This document shows positions 21,696 to 32,816 of a DNA stretch of 64,000 bases, in pieces. This DNA comes from Epithemia pelagica (lineage: Eukaryota; Protista; Bacillariophyta), in the NCBI GenBank assembly GCA_946965045.2, contig OX337235.1, positions 3,348,001 through 3,412,000 on the forward strand, written 5' to 3'. Position 1 is the first letter of the stretch; the number at the start of each line of letters is the position of its first letter. Position numbers and translations under genes: made by a program. The notes beneath the pieces were generated by a model. The model did not search any database. It was not told where the DNA came from and saw only the letters and a list, made by a program, of their open reading frames with translations.

Positions 21696-22907
21696 TTATC
21701 CCTCTTCTGGTAGAGGTGGTGCACACTCCTCAAATGCAATTTCGGTTTCCGCGTATTCGCCATCGACAGTACTGTAGTTACCAGCTTCGTTCAGCGAGAT
21801 GTCGACGTTCGGTGGTACAAAAGTGATTGTTGCAGTACAGGATGCAAGGTACTCTGCGGAAACAAGGTGGAAGTAATCGTTTTCCCAAAAGTTTTGGAGG
21901 AGAAACCAAACCTTTGGCTTTCCTGGATCTTCTGTTTCAACCTTACGCACCCCAAGCAGCACCATTGAGTGGAGAACACGCTGTTTCCCTTTCGATTCTC
22001 CAAAGGCACGAAACTCAGCTTCGTCCACTTCTCTGTCATGTACCACCTCCCTTTCGAAATTGGCCTCGATTGCAAATTGTTGAACCAATGCTGGTTCTTG
22101 GGAATGCTCGAACAGTCGGATCACATTTTGAACGCCGCAATAAAAGAAACATTCACCCAGTGACTTTTTGCAAATTGGTGCCGGCAAAAGCTGATGAGTG
22201 GAGGAAAGGCCAGTAATAGTTTTAAAGAACTCTTCCGATCCGAGTCCACAAGCTCCCGTTTCAATGTACTTCTTCTTCTTGGCAGGCTCCAAATTCTCGC
22301 GGATGAATTGCGATATGTCTAGCATCCGGTGATTTGTTGTTTCTTGATCGGCACTTCGAAGGCATTGCAGATAGTGCTGTAGCAGAACACTGGCATGCAA
22401 ACAACAGATTCCAGACCTCTGTTTACGAATGACAAGATAATTCTCGATGGCTTCTTCATCAAAGAAAAGCCATGAGAACTCAATCGATGGAATCTTTACA
22501 GCTCCTTCATCCTCCTTGCTTTCCTCGTCCCTTTTTATAGCTTCAATTTTTTCGACAAAGGTGTCAAACTCCTTTTTAAATGTGGTGGTGTAACGAAGAG
22601 TGTCACCATGACCTGGGCTCCAACTGAAATCCTCTGACATTAGTCGTTTGGCACGATACTGTTTTAAGGCAGTAAGGCCTTCCCAATCCAAACCAAGCTC
22701 TGTTACAAATTCTGCTGCCAGTCTTTCGCGCCTTGCCATGGACATGATTTGTTGATTTGTAGGTGTCCTAGGTGTCTCAGCACTGTGAGGAGTATCGGTG
22801 GAGCTTGTGGTGGAAGAGAGGGTGAGCTGGGGCGTGGGGGGATCGTCCGCAGTGGCAGGAGATTCAAATAATACCGTATTTATAGAGGCGAGATTGTATG
22901 TTGACAT
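21696..22907 (-). CDS. Divergent papain-like (C1-type) cysteine peptidase, 403 aa (copy 2)
   Basis: QRSGICCLHA (Gln/Cys), LHSMVLLG (His) and FLLQNFW (Asn) occur in papain order. ATG at 22907. Confidence 0.78.
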   Translation of the reverse strand: MSTYNLASINTVLFESPATADDPPTPQLTLSSTTSSTDTPHSAETPRTPTNQQIMSMARRERLAAEFVTELGLDWEGLTALKQYRAKRLMSEDFSWSPGHGDTLRYTTTFKKEFDTFVEKIEAIKRDEESKEDEGAVKIPSIEFSWLFFDEEAIENYLVIRKQRSGICCLHASVLLQHYLQCLRSADQETTNHRMLDISQFIRENLEPAKKKKYIETGACGLGSEEFFKTITGLSSTHQLLPAPICKKSLGECFFYCGVQNVIRLFEHSQEPALVQQFAIEANFEREVVHDREVDEAEFRAFGESKGKQRVLHSMVLLGVRKVETEDPGKPKVWFLLQNFWENDYFHLVSAEYLASCTATITFVPPNVDISLNEAGNYSTVDGEYAETEIAFEECAPPLPEEG

Positions 22908-23315
22908 GTTGCCCAACACTGAAGTAAAATGAATGAACGAACGAACAAACAAAGACCGAATGACCGAATGAATGAATGTGATGGCTCTGCGTGAACTGCA
23001 AGGACACGTTTCTATTCTCGACTCTCTCGTAGAAATAAACAAATGTCCACGGGATTACGCTGCTCGCATTCCTCTGTTTTGTGTGTTGCGTGGATCTTCC
23101 CAAAACTTGGAGCGCACAGGTGTGACAGGTGACAGGTGGCCCGGTGTGCGCTGAGCAATATTTTTGGACTATCATGTGTTTAGTCGGGTTTCGTTTTTGG
23201 GTTTCGTTTTCGCCATCGCTGGGCTCAGATCCTCATTGTCCCGTCTATTCTTTACTCAGTCGCGGTTTCCTGCTACTCTCTTCACCCTTCTCATCAAGGG
23301 GTAAGTTTTCTATTA

Positions 23316-23469
23316 TTGAAGTAAGAAAGCTAGAGTGTGTAAATGAGCGACCGCATTGGAATCCGGATTGATGACCATGGCGGCTCGGTGGCCATGCAAT
23401 TGTGCCCTACACCCTCCACCATAAATCTTTTTTGGAGATGGGAGGAATCTTCTCTCATTCGCTTGTACT
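23316..23469 (+). promoter_or_regulatory. Captured upstream fragment of the ABHD18-like gene (copy 2)
   Basis: Diverged reverse complement of 62789-62980. Confidence 0.7.
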
Positions 23470-25536
23470 TTTCGATCATGCCGTCTTTCGTCCGTACACC
23501 AATCCCTTTGCCAAATTGGTATTGTGGTCCAGTTTGGTCCATCAAGCTGGATTCCTATGCTGTTCCAGTTTGAGTGGCTTTGCCATTGGGACGGTCCAAG
23601 ATGCCGGATTGGTCTTTTTGTCGCGCATAAGTCATGACATTGCACCCCGCTTGTCACCTTGCGCGATTGGGTGAGGCAAGTGTTGCTTTGGGACGTCCTC
23701 TCGATAACAATCGCGAATTGCGGACCGTCGGAATTTGCAATGGTACGTACTCGTACAAAAGTGGCGACAGTCCAGAAACGAGTACCACAATCAAGAGAGA
23801 TTTCAAACCTTACCATGAATTTTCTCTCCGTCCCTTTCTGTCCGATATCTGCGTTTGGAAACCGAACCATCACAGTCATGTCCGGTCTGACTGTTGGCTT
23901 TACCGGGTCGTACATCTTTTCACAAACCATTTTACGCGGTGGATTGGTATTTGTATCATGGCCCTGTACCTCTTTTTTGTCCTATCTCCCCTGAATTTGT
24001 TGGAATGGTCACCCCTCTTTTTCTTGGACAGTACCTTGATTTTTATCGGCTACGATCTCTTGTACGAATGGTTGATTGAAATTCGAGACCGCATCTTGTG
24101 GTTTGAGTACGCGCTCATTTGGGGCACCTTTGTGGCCATTCAAATCGTGGGGGTTGATGTCGGAATTTTGGTTGGTGTCGTGTCGGCCATGGTGGAACAG
24201 GCCTTGTCCACGGCGCAAACCACCACGGTCCTGTGTGTCCCCAAACGATCCAAGGCGGTCTGGAGTCGCGAGGAAATGCAACTCTTGCATCGACATGTCT
24301 ATCAACAAAATGACAGTACACGTCCCATTGTCACGTTGGAATTGATGGGACCAGTCTTTTTTGGCTCCGCCCTCTATCTCATGGAACGACTCTTGCACGA
24401 AGTGGGCCTTTCGAGGACCCTCGACCATAACAACAACCACAACAACACCAAGGAAAGGATACAGAGCAACGGAAATGACACAAGGACGGACAATGGGCCA
24501 TTCAAGGGATCCCCCGCCATTCCCCATAGTCCACGGACGTCGCCGTACTTTGTGGCGCTCAACAAACGACCGTCCTTGTTTCATCAAGACGTTGCGTCGA
24601 CCGTCTCCCACGGCCCCAACCATCACACGACCACTAGTGGCGGCTCGATTCCCCGGTGCAGTCCTCCCAAATATTGCGTCTTGGATTTGACGCAAGTGTC
24701 CAACATGGATGCCTCGTCGGCTCGTTCGTGCTTTGTTCAGTTTGCCAAATTGTGCAGTCAAGAGGGTATTACGGTCTGTGCCTCGGGTGCTACACCCCGC
24801 ATTGCCTGGATGCTACGGACGCATCAAGCCGCGTATCCACTCCAAGAGGAAGAAGAACGAATCAAGGCGACCTTGTGGCACGTGACAAAAACATGCTCGA
24901 CCACCACCTCCTCCAAATCCTTGCAATCCCCGACGTTCCAACACCCCAAAGTGGACAAGATTCTCCTATTTCATACCACCCATGAAGCCTTGGAGTTTTG
25001 TGAAGCAAGTTTGATTCATGAATTTCAAAGTCAATCCACGTCGTTGTCCCAGACTAGTTCATCCGTCATGTCGGCGTCCCTAGGTTCGGCCAACAAGGAC
25101 ACGACACTCTCTTCCATTTTGGGACGATTTCTCTTGGCCGGTTCCATTGCCACGGGCTACTCCCCCGAGGAGCTGCTCATTATTTTACAACGACTCGACA
25201 GTCAACGATACCATTCGGAATTGGAGTACCAGGCGGGCGAGAAAATCATGGCCCAAGATACCCGACCGGAATCCTTTTATGTCGTGCTGGAATGAGCAGT
25301 GGCCAGTGGTGCCGCCACGCCCGAATCCGTTCAACGACATCGACAACCCATTGTGTCGGGAGCCGGGCCCGTGCACTTGACGCAAAGTTCGAGTTTTACC
25401 AATTTGCTGGATGCGCTACCACTGGCATTTGGAGGACGGGGACAGGACGGGGCGGAATTCACAGCGACGACGACGACGACCGCAAACCCGACCGGAATAC
25501 CGCCACCACGCCAACCATTTCATCCCCATGCAGGCA
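23470..25536 (+). pseudogene. Chimeric SLC26 pseudogene type II, copy 2
   Basis: Carries the type II deletions plus GGA to TGA at 25293-25295. The 3' end is replaced at junction atgcaggca|aaccag. Confidence 0.9.
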
Positions 25537-25918
25537 AACCAGTACCAACGCCTTAAGCCTCAGTAGGGTGGCACTACGGTATGGGGTGGGGAGGGACGAA
25601 CATTGTTTGCCTGCCCTGGCCCCCCTGGTCCTGTGGAGATACTTGTTGTCGCGGTTGGCGAAGGACGACGAGTCCTTTTCGCTCACCCAGGATGAGATGG
25701 TTGCCATGAAGAAGTGGCGCAGTTGCCGGGAGGAAGTGACCGGGTCGAGCGATGTCCGTCTCACGAGCATTTTCAAAGCCGTTGGTATTTGGTCGTCCTT
25801 GCCACTGTAGAATCCGTTCCAGTGGCGCACCTCGTTTGACGCTCCAAGCTCCATGGTAGACCAATCCGACGAAAGCCAATTTCCACAGTCCTCCGCAGAC
25901 ATGTCTACCGACGGCCAA
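25537..25918. other. GC-rich coding-like fragment 'Z' at the duplication junction (also 42553-42934; mostly deleted in unit 1)
   Basis: Several frames are open and GC3 is high. The + frame (LWRYLLSRLAKDDESFSLTQDEMVAMKKW...LPL, stop 25810) looks like a gene 3' end, but orientation is uncertain. Confidence 0.45.
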
Positions 25919-27721
25919 CTCTCAGCTCTCTCTTGACATGTCCCGTGTACGTTGCTTCTTGATTCACTCTCGCGAACAGTATCCTATTCCATTATCGGAC
26001 TACTGTAACTCCAATGCTTATCTCCTTCATGTATATCTTGGATCACGACGCAGAGGAGTTGTACAAAGAACATTTCGTTGCTTTCTTCCTGGTTTCCACC
26101 TTTTCCGTTTCGTGCGTTGCACAGTTTCTTGTCAAATCAGAGACTCAAAAGAAATAGGAGGACTTAGACATGAAAGAACGGATTTACTCCTAGTATTTAG
26201 TTGCTTGTCGCAGAAACGGTGATGAAAGGTGCAAACTTGTCAAGCGACCTCTGCTACGTTTTACGTTTGCCAAAAGAGCCATCCCTTTATTCTCACAAAG
26301 TTGTGCCAAGTACCCTCTACTGTCTCTCTGAAGGCGTTCAGAGTAACCAGAAATCAGAAACGACTCTCTTCACGTTTTAGGGTCCGGTGTCCGTTCCTCC
26401 TTCATCATTCCATTAATCGACCATCATCTAGATTGGAGAATGAGGTGGAAAGGTAGGTGGGATAGTTTCTTTCCTCAAAATACACCTTAGAGGCCAAACC
26501 ATTCATATGTTAATTAGCAAAGAATACCTTGTAGCAACAAGAACGCTTGAGCAATCCATTTGGCAGAGCGCTTCTTTGCTGGGCTGACGTACTTTTCTTC
26601 TAGATTCACAGAAAAATCTTGAGAAGGCTTCATTCTTCGAGAAATGCAATGAATAACGAATCCCATCCTTGCTCTTTTGGAAAATATTCATAAGCTTACT
26701 ACGGTAGGTAGTTATGCTATTGTCGTGGTAATCAGCAGTCTTCTCAACCAAAGGATACCGAAAAACCCATGTGACTTGGAAAACAGAAAACAAGAGGACG
26801 CCGAAAGAGAGGATGGAATGGGTGTCTATTTCCGATCACACCAAGAAAGGAATCGTATCACAGTCGCCAGGTAAGAGATGGATCCTCCATGAAACGCCTT
26901 GTGTACCATCGACTGTCATATGAAGTCCAAGGCTTGCCTCAGATTGGCCTTGGCGCTCTTTTCAGTGCTAGAGTTTCCCGACTGCTGCCTACCACGGAGC
27001 CTGCAGTCAGTCGACAGTGTTTATTCCAATGGATGGATATGAGAAGTGCTTGCTAGTTGCAAACAAGTGGTGAAGAACCATGGCATCCAAAGCATCGATT
27101 TTGTGTTTGCCACATGCCGTGGACAAAGACCAATTGACGCCAGTACGACAACTGCTCATTGGCAATTGGCATTGGAATTCACTCACCATTTTGGACACGC
27201 GGTCCGTCAAAGACATTCTGGTTCTCCAATTGATACAACCCACCCGTTGTACCTATTCCAAGACGACTAATGCCAATCACCAATACCAATACGACGAGTA
27301 GTCCACAAGTAGAAATAGTAGGATGGTGACGGAACACGTCATGTTTACTCACAGCAATTGTGGAAGATCTCGCCCATTCATCCAACGCAACTAGAGTAGG
27401 GCAATAAGATGAATAAGTGGAATTAGGTGCTCCTCGTTTGCTGATCTGACCACCACTAGATTATCGAAAGCAATTCATGGTCTACTGGCGTTTCTTGGTT
27501 ATGCACTCGCTACTGTCTTTTGGTTGACAAGTGAGTTGGCTTATTATGTAAAGTCATGCTATCATTAAAGACAACACGTCGAGTAGAACATTGTGTAAGA
27601 AAGACATGGTGTGATGAATATTCAGTCATCCCTGAAAGACAGATCAGATCTGTTTTAGGAATATGTTGCTTTTTTACGAGCAAAGAATGTGAGCACTTCC
27701 TCGTGTTAATGGTTCATTGAA

Positions 27722-29365
27722 TTATTGTCCCAGAAGCCGGGCCTTGATTCTGGGAACATACGGGTCCATGAGGGGCCAAAGCGTAGATCCTTTCCAATCT
27801 GAAACATAATTGTCCAAATCCGCCGAATTTCGATAATGGACCAAAAGACCTTGAGTGGTCGTATTGACCATGTAAACGCGAGGTTTTGTCCAATTCACGG
27901 TGAGGCGGGGATAGTGCACCACGTAGTGCAGAATCCGATCTGCTTTCATTATCAGTTTGTTGTCTGAATGGTGCTTTCCCGTAAAGCATCGTCGGGCCTC
28001 CATGAGAAGGATCGTTGGGTCGTACGTTGTGTTGGTTCCATTGCACATGGTGAAAACATGAGGACGAAAGTGCACAGCGTCCAATTCTTCCTCTTGAGGC
28101 GATTCCTCGAATACCTTATCTAGAAAGGCAACCAAATTCTTTTTAGTTGGTGAATGCACTGGAGCGGGCTCGCTGGAAGCAGTATTCGACAATGACACCA
28201 TGGAAGAAGGGGGCGGAGGTACCGAACCCCCCTCGTCTCCGAGATAGATAAACTCGTCCACATCCCAGTCTCCAAAGTAGCGCGTATACGGACCGTAACG
28301 ATGCAGAGCACTCAATTCGGCAGCAAATTGTCCTCGTGCCACGGGCCATCCCTCCGGGTTGAGGCAATAGGGATGAGGAAACCACACATATGTCACAATA
28401 CCCCGACGAATATAGGGCAAGAGGAGCCTTCGTAACCGGCCAACAACATGTTCCTCTTCATTGTCGTAGACAATAAAGTGTTGGACACCAATCTCCAAGT
28501 GATATTCCATCCATTCCAACAAGTAGCGACCATGATCTTGAAAGACTCCATGTGTGTTATTTCTATCACTGATGTAGTTGCGTACAAAATTAGGGGTCAG
28601 AAGTCGGATAACCACCAACATGGTCATGCCATACTTTTTGTTTTGTGCATGCCCAAGAGCCAGATGGGTGGGAGTATCAGGCTGGTACCAAAGATTGGAG
28701 CAAACTGGAATATCCTTGATACTATCCCTTCCTTCCACTAATGCTGTACTTGCGACCTCGGGCTTTCTGGGAGGATCATTTTCTTCGACTTGAAGTTCAT
28801 CATGAATGGCATAGAGTGAAACTGTCAAATCTGTTGATTGTGATCCCACAGTGGTCACATTCGTGCGCAATTCCATCGGGATGGTGCATCGAAAGGAAAA
28901 GGAGGGAGTCCAGTCATCGCCGTTGGGATGTACGTAGTCACTCCAAACTTTGTGATTACCTGGTTGAAACTCGCATAAGAATCGGACTCGATTCTTGGGT
29001 GAATAAAAGAACTTTTGATTGTATGATGCATAGCCTGGTTCGCAGCCACTGCTGGCCAGGGCGACAAAGACCACATGCGTTTGCGTGGCATCTTGAAAGA
29101 CATCTGACAAGTAGGGCAGTCCGGAATCATTTTGAGGTAGCGGAAAAGATTGAAAGTTACATTGTCGTAGACGCTGTTGAAGAGGAGGACTATTCTCACT
29201 GCTTTTACTGATTGCATGGCGGTTGGCGACCTCAGCTTCAAGCTCTGCTGCACATTGGTAAAAAAGGCCCAGAAATCCCGTGAGCATAACTTGGGCTATC
29301 ACAAGTATCGTGACGACAGACGAGAGTAAGATTTTCCTCTGATTTCCTGCTGTCCAGCTCCTCAT
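27722..29365 (-). CDS. GT92-like glycosyltransferase (copy 2)
   Basis: Near-identical to copy 1; ORF intact. Confidence 0.88.
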   Translation of the reverse strand: MRSWTAGNQRKILLSSVVTILVIAQVMLTGFLGLFYQCAAELEAEVANRHAISKSSENSPPLQQRLRQCNFQSFPLPQNDSGLPYLSDVFQDATQTHVVFVALASSGCEPGYASYNQKFFYSPKNRVRFLCEFQPGNHKVWSDYVHPNGDDWTPSFSFRCTIPMELRTNVTTVGSQSTDLTVSLYAIHDELQVEENDPPRKPEVASTALVEGRDSIKDIPVCSNLWYQPDTPTHLALGHAQNKKYGMTMLVVIRLLTPNFVRNYISDRNNTHGVFQDHGRYLLEWMEYHLEIGVQHFIVYDNEEEHVVGRLRRLLLPYIRRGIVTYVWFPHPYCLNPEGWPVARGQFAAELSALHRYGPYTRYFGDWDVDEFIYLGDEGGSVPPPPSSMVSLSNTASSEPAPVHSPTKKNLVAFLDKVFEESPQEEELDAVHFRPHVFTMCNGTNTTYDPTILLMEARRCFTGKHHSDNKLIMKADRILHYVVHYPRLTVNWTKPRVYMVNTTTQGLLVHYRNSADLDNYVSDWKGSTLWPLMDPYVPRIKARLLGQ

Positions 29366-30284
29366 TGTTTCAATCGTCTTTATGACAATGTACAAATACC
29401 TCGACCGTCTAGCAGAGTGCACTAGATGCTGAGAGGCAGAATTGTGATGTATCAGGAGAGAGGTGAGGGTAATTGGCTCATGATGAAACGATATTCCTAC
29501 CCAGGTTCGGTTGCTCGGATGGATCTTGGTTCGACACGAATAAGCCCTATATGGAAGCACATGCTTCCGCGTAGCAGAGTGCACTACCTATTGATGTTGA
29601 GAGGCAGAATTGGTGAGATGAATCAGGAGAGAGGTGAGGGTAACTGGCTCATGATGAAACGATATTCCTACCCAGGTTCGGTTGGTGCTCGGTTCGACAT
29701 GAATGGAAGCACATGCTTCCGCATAGGGCTCGTGCTCCTCCCACCAATGCGAGAAAATACATCACTATCTTCCACCGACCGGGATTCTATGTGGGTGCAC
29801 CTGGCGCGCACAAAGTGCACATGCTCTACCGACGAGATCACAAAACCCAAAACTCTTCTATCCGTACTTTTGATTTTCAATCGCTTCTTCTATTCGTACC
29901 AAAAGAAAGATTATCCGAGAGTCGCCAGGTAAGCAACGCATCCTCCCGGAAAGGCTATTTTCTCAGGATAGATGAGTCAGAATTTGAAATCAATAGGCCG
30001 ACTATACCTCTCAGTCCAAGGCACTCTCTATGGCTAGCACAAGGACTTGCTCCACCGGACTGCCTGCTTTTATCTCGATTGTTCTCGTCGTTTCATTCCA
30101 TTTGTCAAGAGCGAGAAATCCCCTATTGCGCGCATCTTCTGGAGAGCGAAGAGGTTAGACTGTTGATGGTGCTATTTGCGCCGAGCGTCACGGATGATCA
30201 TTCCTTTCAAGGATACAGTGAGCTCAAGAATCATTTTCTTGGGCCTGTCGTGTTTTTGTTGTTTTTGTGCAAGTAGAGAATGTA

Positions 30285-32219
30285 CTATTGTTCTTCTTGC
30301 TGGTGCTGCAGGAGGAGCTGCTGTTTCTTGTCCTTGTCTTGCTGCAAGAGGTCTTCGGCCCATTGGGGAATGGGCAATCCAAGCAGCACATAATCAATGC
30401 ACATGTATTCCAAAACCTTTTGCACTGTATGGGCATTGTAATAGCGTGTCACTCGTGCCGTGGGTCTTGCACTAGTACGTGTCGGCATTGTCTTGGTTGT
30501 GTCAGGGTCGTGGTGACTGTCGTCCATCACCTTTTGTTCCTTGTCCATCCATGCAGTTGTAGATGCCGTTGTTGTTGTATCGGAAAGATTAAAGAGGCGA
30601 TTCATTAATTCTACAAAGTGTCGAGTGTTGGTAGAAGAATGACGATCCACAACAATTTGTTTCAATTGATGCAAATCGTCCGTCCCCAGCATACCTAAGA
30701 AACGCAAGCAAAAAGTGTTAGTCATATGGAATTCCCATCGCTATGCATTGAATTTGAGCTCTCGTCCATAATGATACGTACCCACAAAGTCATAGTCGGT
30801 CAACAAGTTGCGAAACAAGCCTTGACAATACAGCGCTTGGGGATAGAAATGAACATTCCAAGACATGGAAAAGACGTCGACGTAGAATTGAAACCACAAT
30901 GCATGTTTGGCACTGTCAAAATCCAAATCACCCGTAATGGCGCGATGATGTTGATTGTATTGTTTCACATTGGGCGGTTGCAATGGTTTGTCATTTTGGT
31001 GTTTTGTCTTTGTTTTGGTTGTCCTTGTTTTATTCATCAAGGGCGGCGGCAAGAGGTTGGTTCGTCCACTGGCATGATGTTCATACCATTGGACTTGATC
31101 CGTGGAAGCTCCAAACAGGAGATTGGGTTGACAATGATGTGCTTGGAAGCGGGTGGCACCGGTACACTTGTCGACAAAGGCCGACAAGAACCGTTCCAAG
31201 GGATCGCGCAACAAGACGGCACGAGTGACACGACGACGAGTGCCGTTGGTGGTGGATGACGACAATGGCAAGTAACACTGTTTGGCGCGTCGAGTCGTAT
31301 TCATATTCTTAGTTGTGGTGGTGGTACCGTTGGTTGGTTGAAAATAGTCCGGATCGTTAAGTTCACATTGCAAGCGTCTCCATCGACTGCTGGATACTTT
31401 TTCAATGGCACAAAAACGAAGCAACTGGTCGGACTGATTCTTGGTCACGTCATGGTTATCATTGGAATTGGACAAGCGAATCCACAAATCATGAAAGCCG
31501 GCATGCAAATCGGAATAGGGAGACGCATCGCGCATCAAGGTTTGAAACCACCAAGGCCACAATGCGCGAGTGGTGGACGTACCCCGTTCGCGCAAATGAC
31601 GCAAACACTCTTCGTATTCGAAACGGTTGGTATCCTCGTCCTTGTTGTTGTTGTTGCTGCTGTTGGATGCATTGATATTTGGACTGGTTTCTGACAATGT
31701 TTCATTGGAAGCTTGTTGTTCCAGACAGGTTTGCAAATGACGATAGGTTTCTTCAAAGGCCGTGGTGACAATTTGCCAGGCCAAGGGTGTCGTTGTGCGA
31801 TGAATTCGATGCCACTCCCAGGCTTGTCGTCGTCGTTCGGTCGAGGCACCAGGTACAGTGTCGTCGGACTTTGTGGTACTGTTCCATACGGATGAGGACG
31901 ATGCGGACCCTGTGGTTGCCGGTCGAATATTCATCCAGGGGCTCTTGTGGTTTGGTTTCGTTTCGTCCTGGATCATTCCAGGAGTATTGGTAATGAACTC
32001 CCTACGACGACTCGTATACGAATCGACGAGAGGATGGGATTGTCGCACCAGCATCCAATGTTGAATCACCAAGAGTCCCAAGGAGCATCCCAGTGCAATC
32101 GCCAATCCCCATACTAGTAGTGTTGGAGAAGATGGTGACGACGGCACTCGTTTTGGTCGTGGTACAGCAGGAGACTGTCTTGTGGTGTGGTGGTAGAAAT
32201 GGTGGTAACTGGACGACAT
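30285..32219 (-). CDS. Carbohydrate sulfotransferase (copy 2), intron 30695-30781
   Basis: Near-identical to copy 1; ORF and splice sites intact. Confidence 0.9.
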
Positions 32220-32816
32220 TTGCTTGCTGGTTGGTTTGTTTGTGGCGCAGTAATCGAACGACAAGACGAAACAAGAGAGAAGAGGTGTCCCCCTCGATGA
32301 AAAGGTGCTCCAGAAGAAATAATGCGCGCCAGAGATTTTAATGGTCCCCCGGCGCTTCGTCCAAGACCAAGCGTGCCCAACAAGGTCACATAACAGAGGT
32401 GTGACGTCGCCGATCCGCGAGCGCGAGCGGGTGGAGACCAGACGTTGCGACAGAGGTGCGCCCTGCGAGAGATTTATTGGTCATGGCCCATCACCGACCA
32501 ACATGTCATGCAGGAATCTCCAACAACAAAAAATGGAATTGCAACACTCTTGGTGTTACTCAATTCCTTTGTGTTTGCAGATCGTCGCCTTTGCTTTTAT
32601 ATACCCGCAATAGACAACTACGAATTATTGGATAACGTTGTGGACAAGAGGACTCGTCTCGAAATCGGATTCTGTTCCCTTTCCGTCGCATTCTTGCAAG
32701 TGAGGAAATCATATACTTCTGTGATCACCACGAGAATCTCTGTATCAGAAAGCGTACAACCAAAGCATCGGTTTCATTCCTCCCCACAAAGAAGAAGAAG
32801 AAGAACCCTTTTTACC

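Noticed and set aside
25574-25918. DIARPGHFLP resembling the RibB RPGH motif
   Set aside because: The flanking RibB motifs (e.g. GHTE) are absent and another frame looks more like coding sequence.
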